64,000 nucleotides of DNA from Candidatus Levyibacteriota bacterium (GTDB lineage: Bacteria > Patescibacteriota > Microgenomatia > Levybacterales > UBA12049), in contig OY970292.1 in NCBI GenBank assembly GCA_963716145.1, positions 746,169 through 810,168 of the forward strand, given 5' to 3'. Positions 63,999-64,000 of this stretch are shown here, one piece after another. The stretch's first letter is position 1, and the number at the start of each line of letters is the position of its first letter. Under the pieces are notes generated by a model. The model was not told where the DNA came from. It did not search any database and saw only the letters and a list, made by a program, of their open reading frames with translations. A program made the translations under genes and the position numbers.

Positions 63999-64000
63999 AA

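Overview
This 64 kb window is low-GC (about 38-42%) with the gene content typical of a small-genome, Patescibacteria/CPR-like bacterium. The housekeeping backbone is recognisable from motifs: PBP1A, rpe-rpiB, SpoIID/LytB-domain protein, smpB plus an adjacent tmRNA that I found by eye, comF, rpoD-dnaG, glmS, yvcK/cofD-like, an Lpd-family oxidoreductase, ccdA, a P2-type cation ATPase, two divergent ECF sigma/anti-sigma pairs, comM/yifB, ruvB-ruvA-(ICMT)-ruvC, rplY/ctc, a frameshifted valS, pgk and dedA. Four compositionally atypical segments are interleaved with this backbone. (1) An AT-rich three-gene island (about 1900-4260) abuts a tRNA-Asn(GUU) locus full of degenerate tRNA-derived repeats. 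One of these repeats is broken in its anticodon loop by a free-standing GIY-YIG nuclease gene. (2) Two isolated ORFs with elevated GC (about 48-50%) sit next to ssrA (17094..17888) and upstream of dnaG (27202..27948). (3) An AT-rich two-gene module lies between comM and ruvB (45350-48110). It encodes an excisionase-type HTH fused to a GHKL/MORC-like ATPase, plus a multi-HTH partner, and is driven by a near-consensus sigma70 promoter. This is my best candidate for an undescribed accessory or defence-like system. (4) A second AT-rich two-gene insertion (51300-52500) lies between ruvC and rplY. Other notable observations are a tRNA-Ser paralog with an A34 (ACU) anticodon, a roughly 100-bp AT-rich intergenic repeat family found upstream of at least three genes, and a heptanucleotide tandem repeat inside ruvC. 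All calls come from manual motif recognition and hand folding. No database searches were run.
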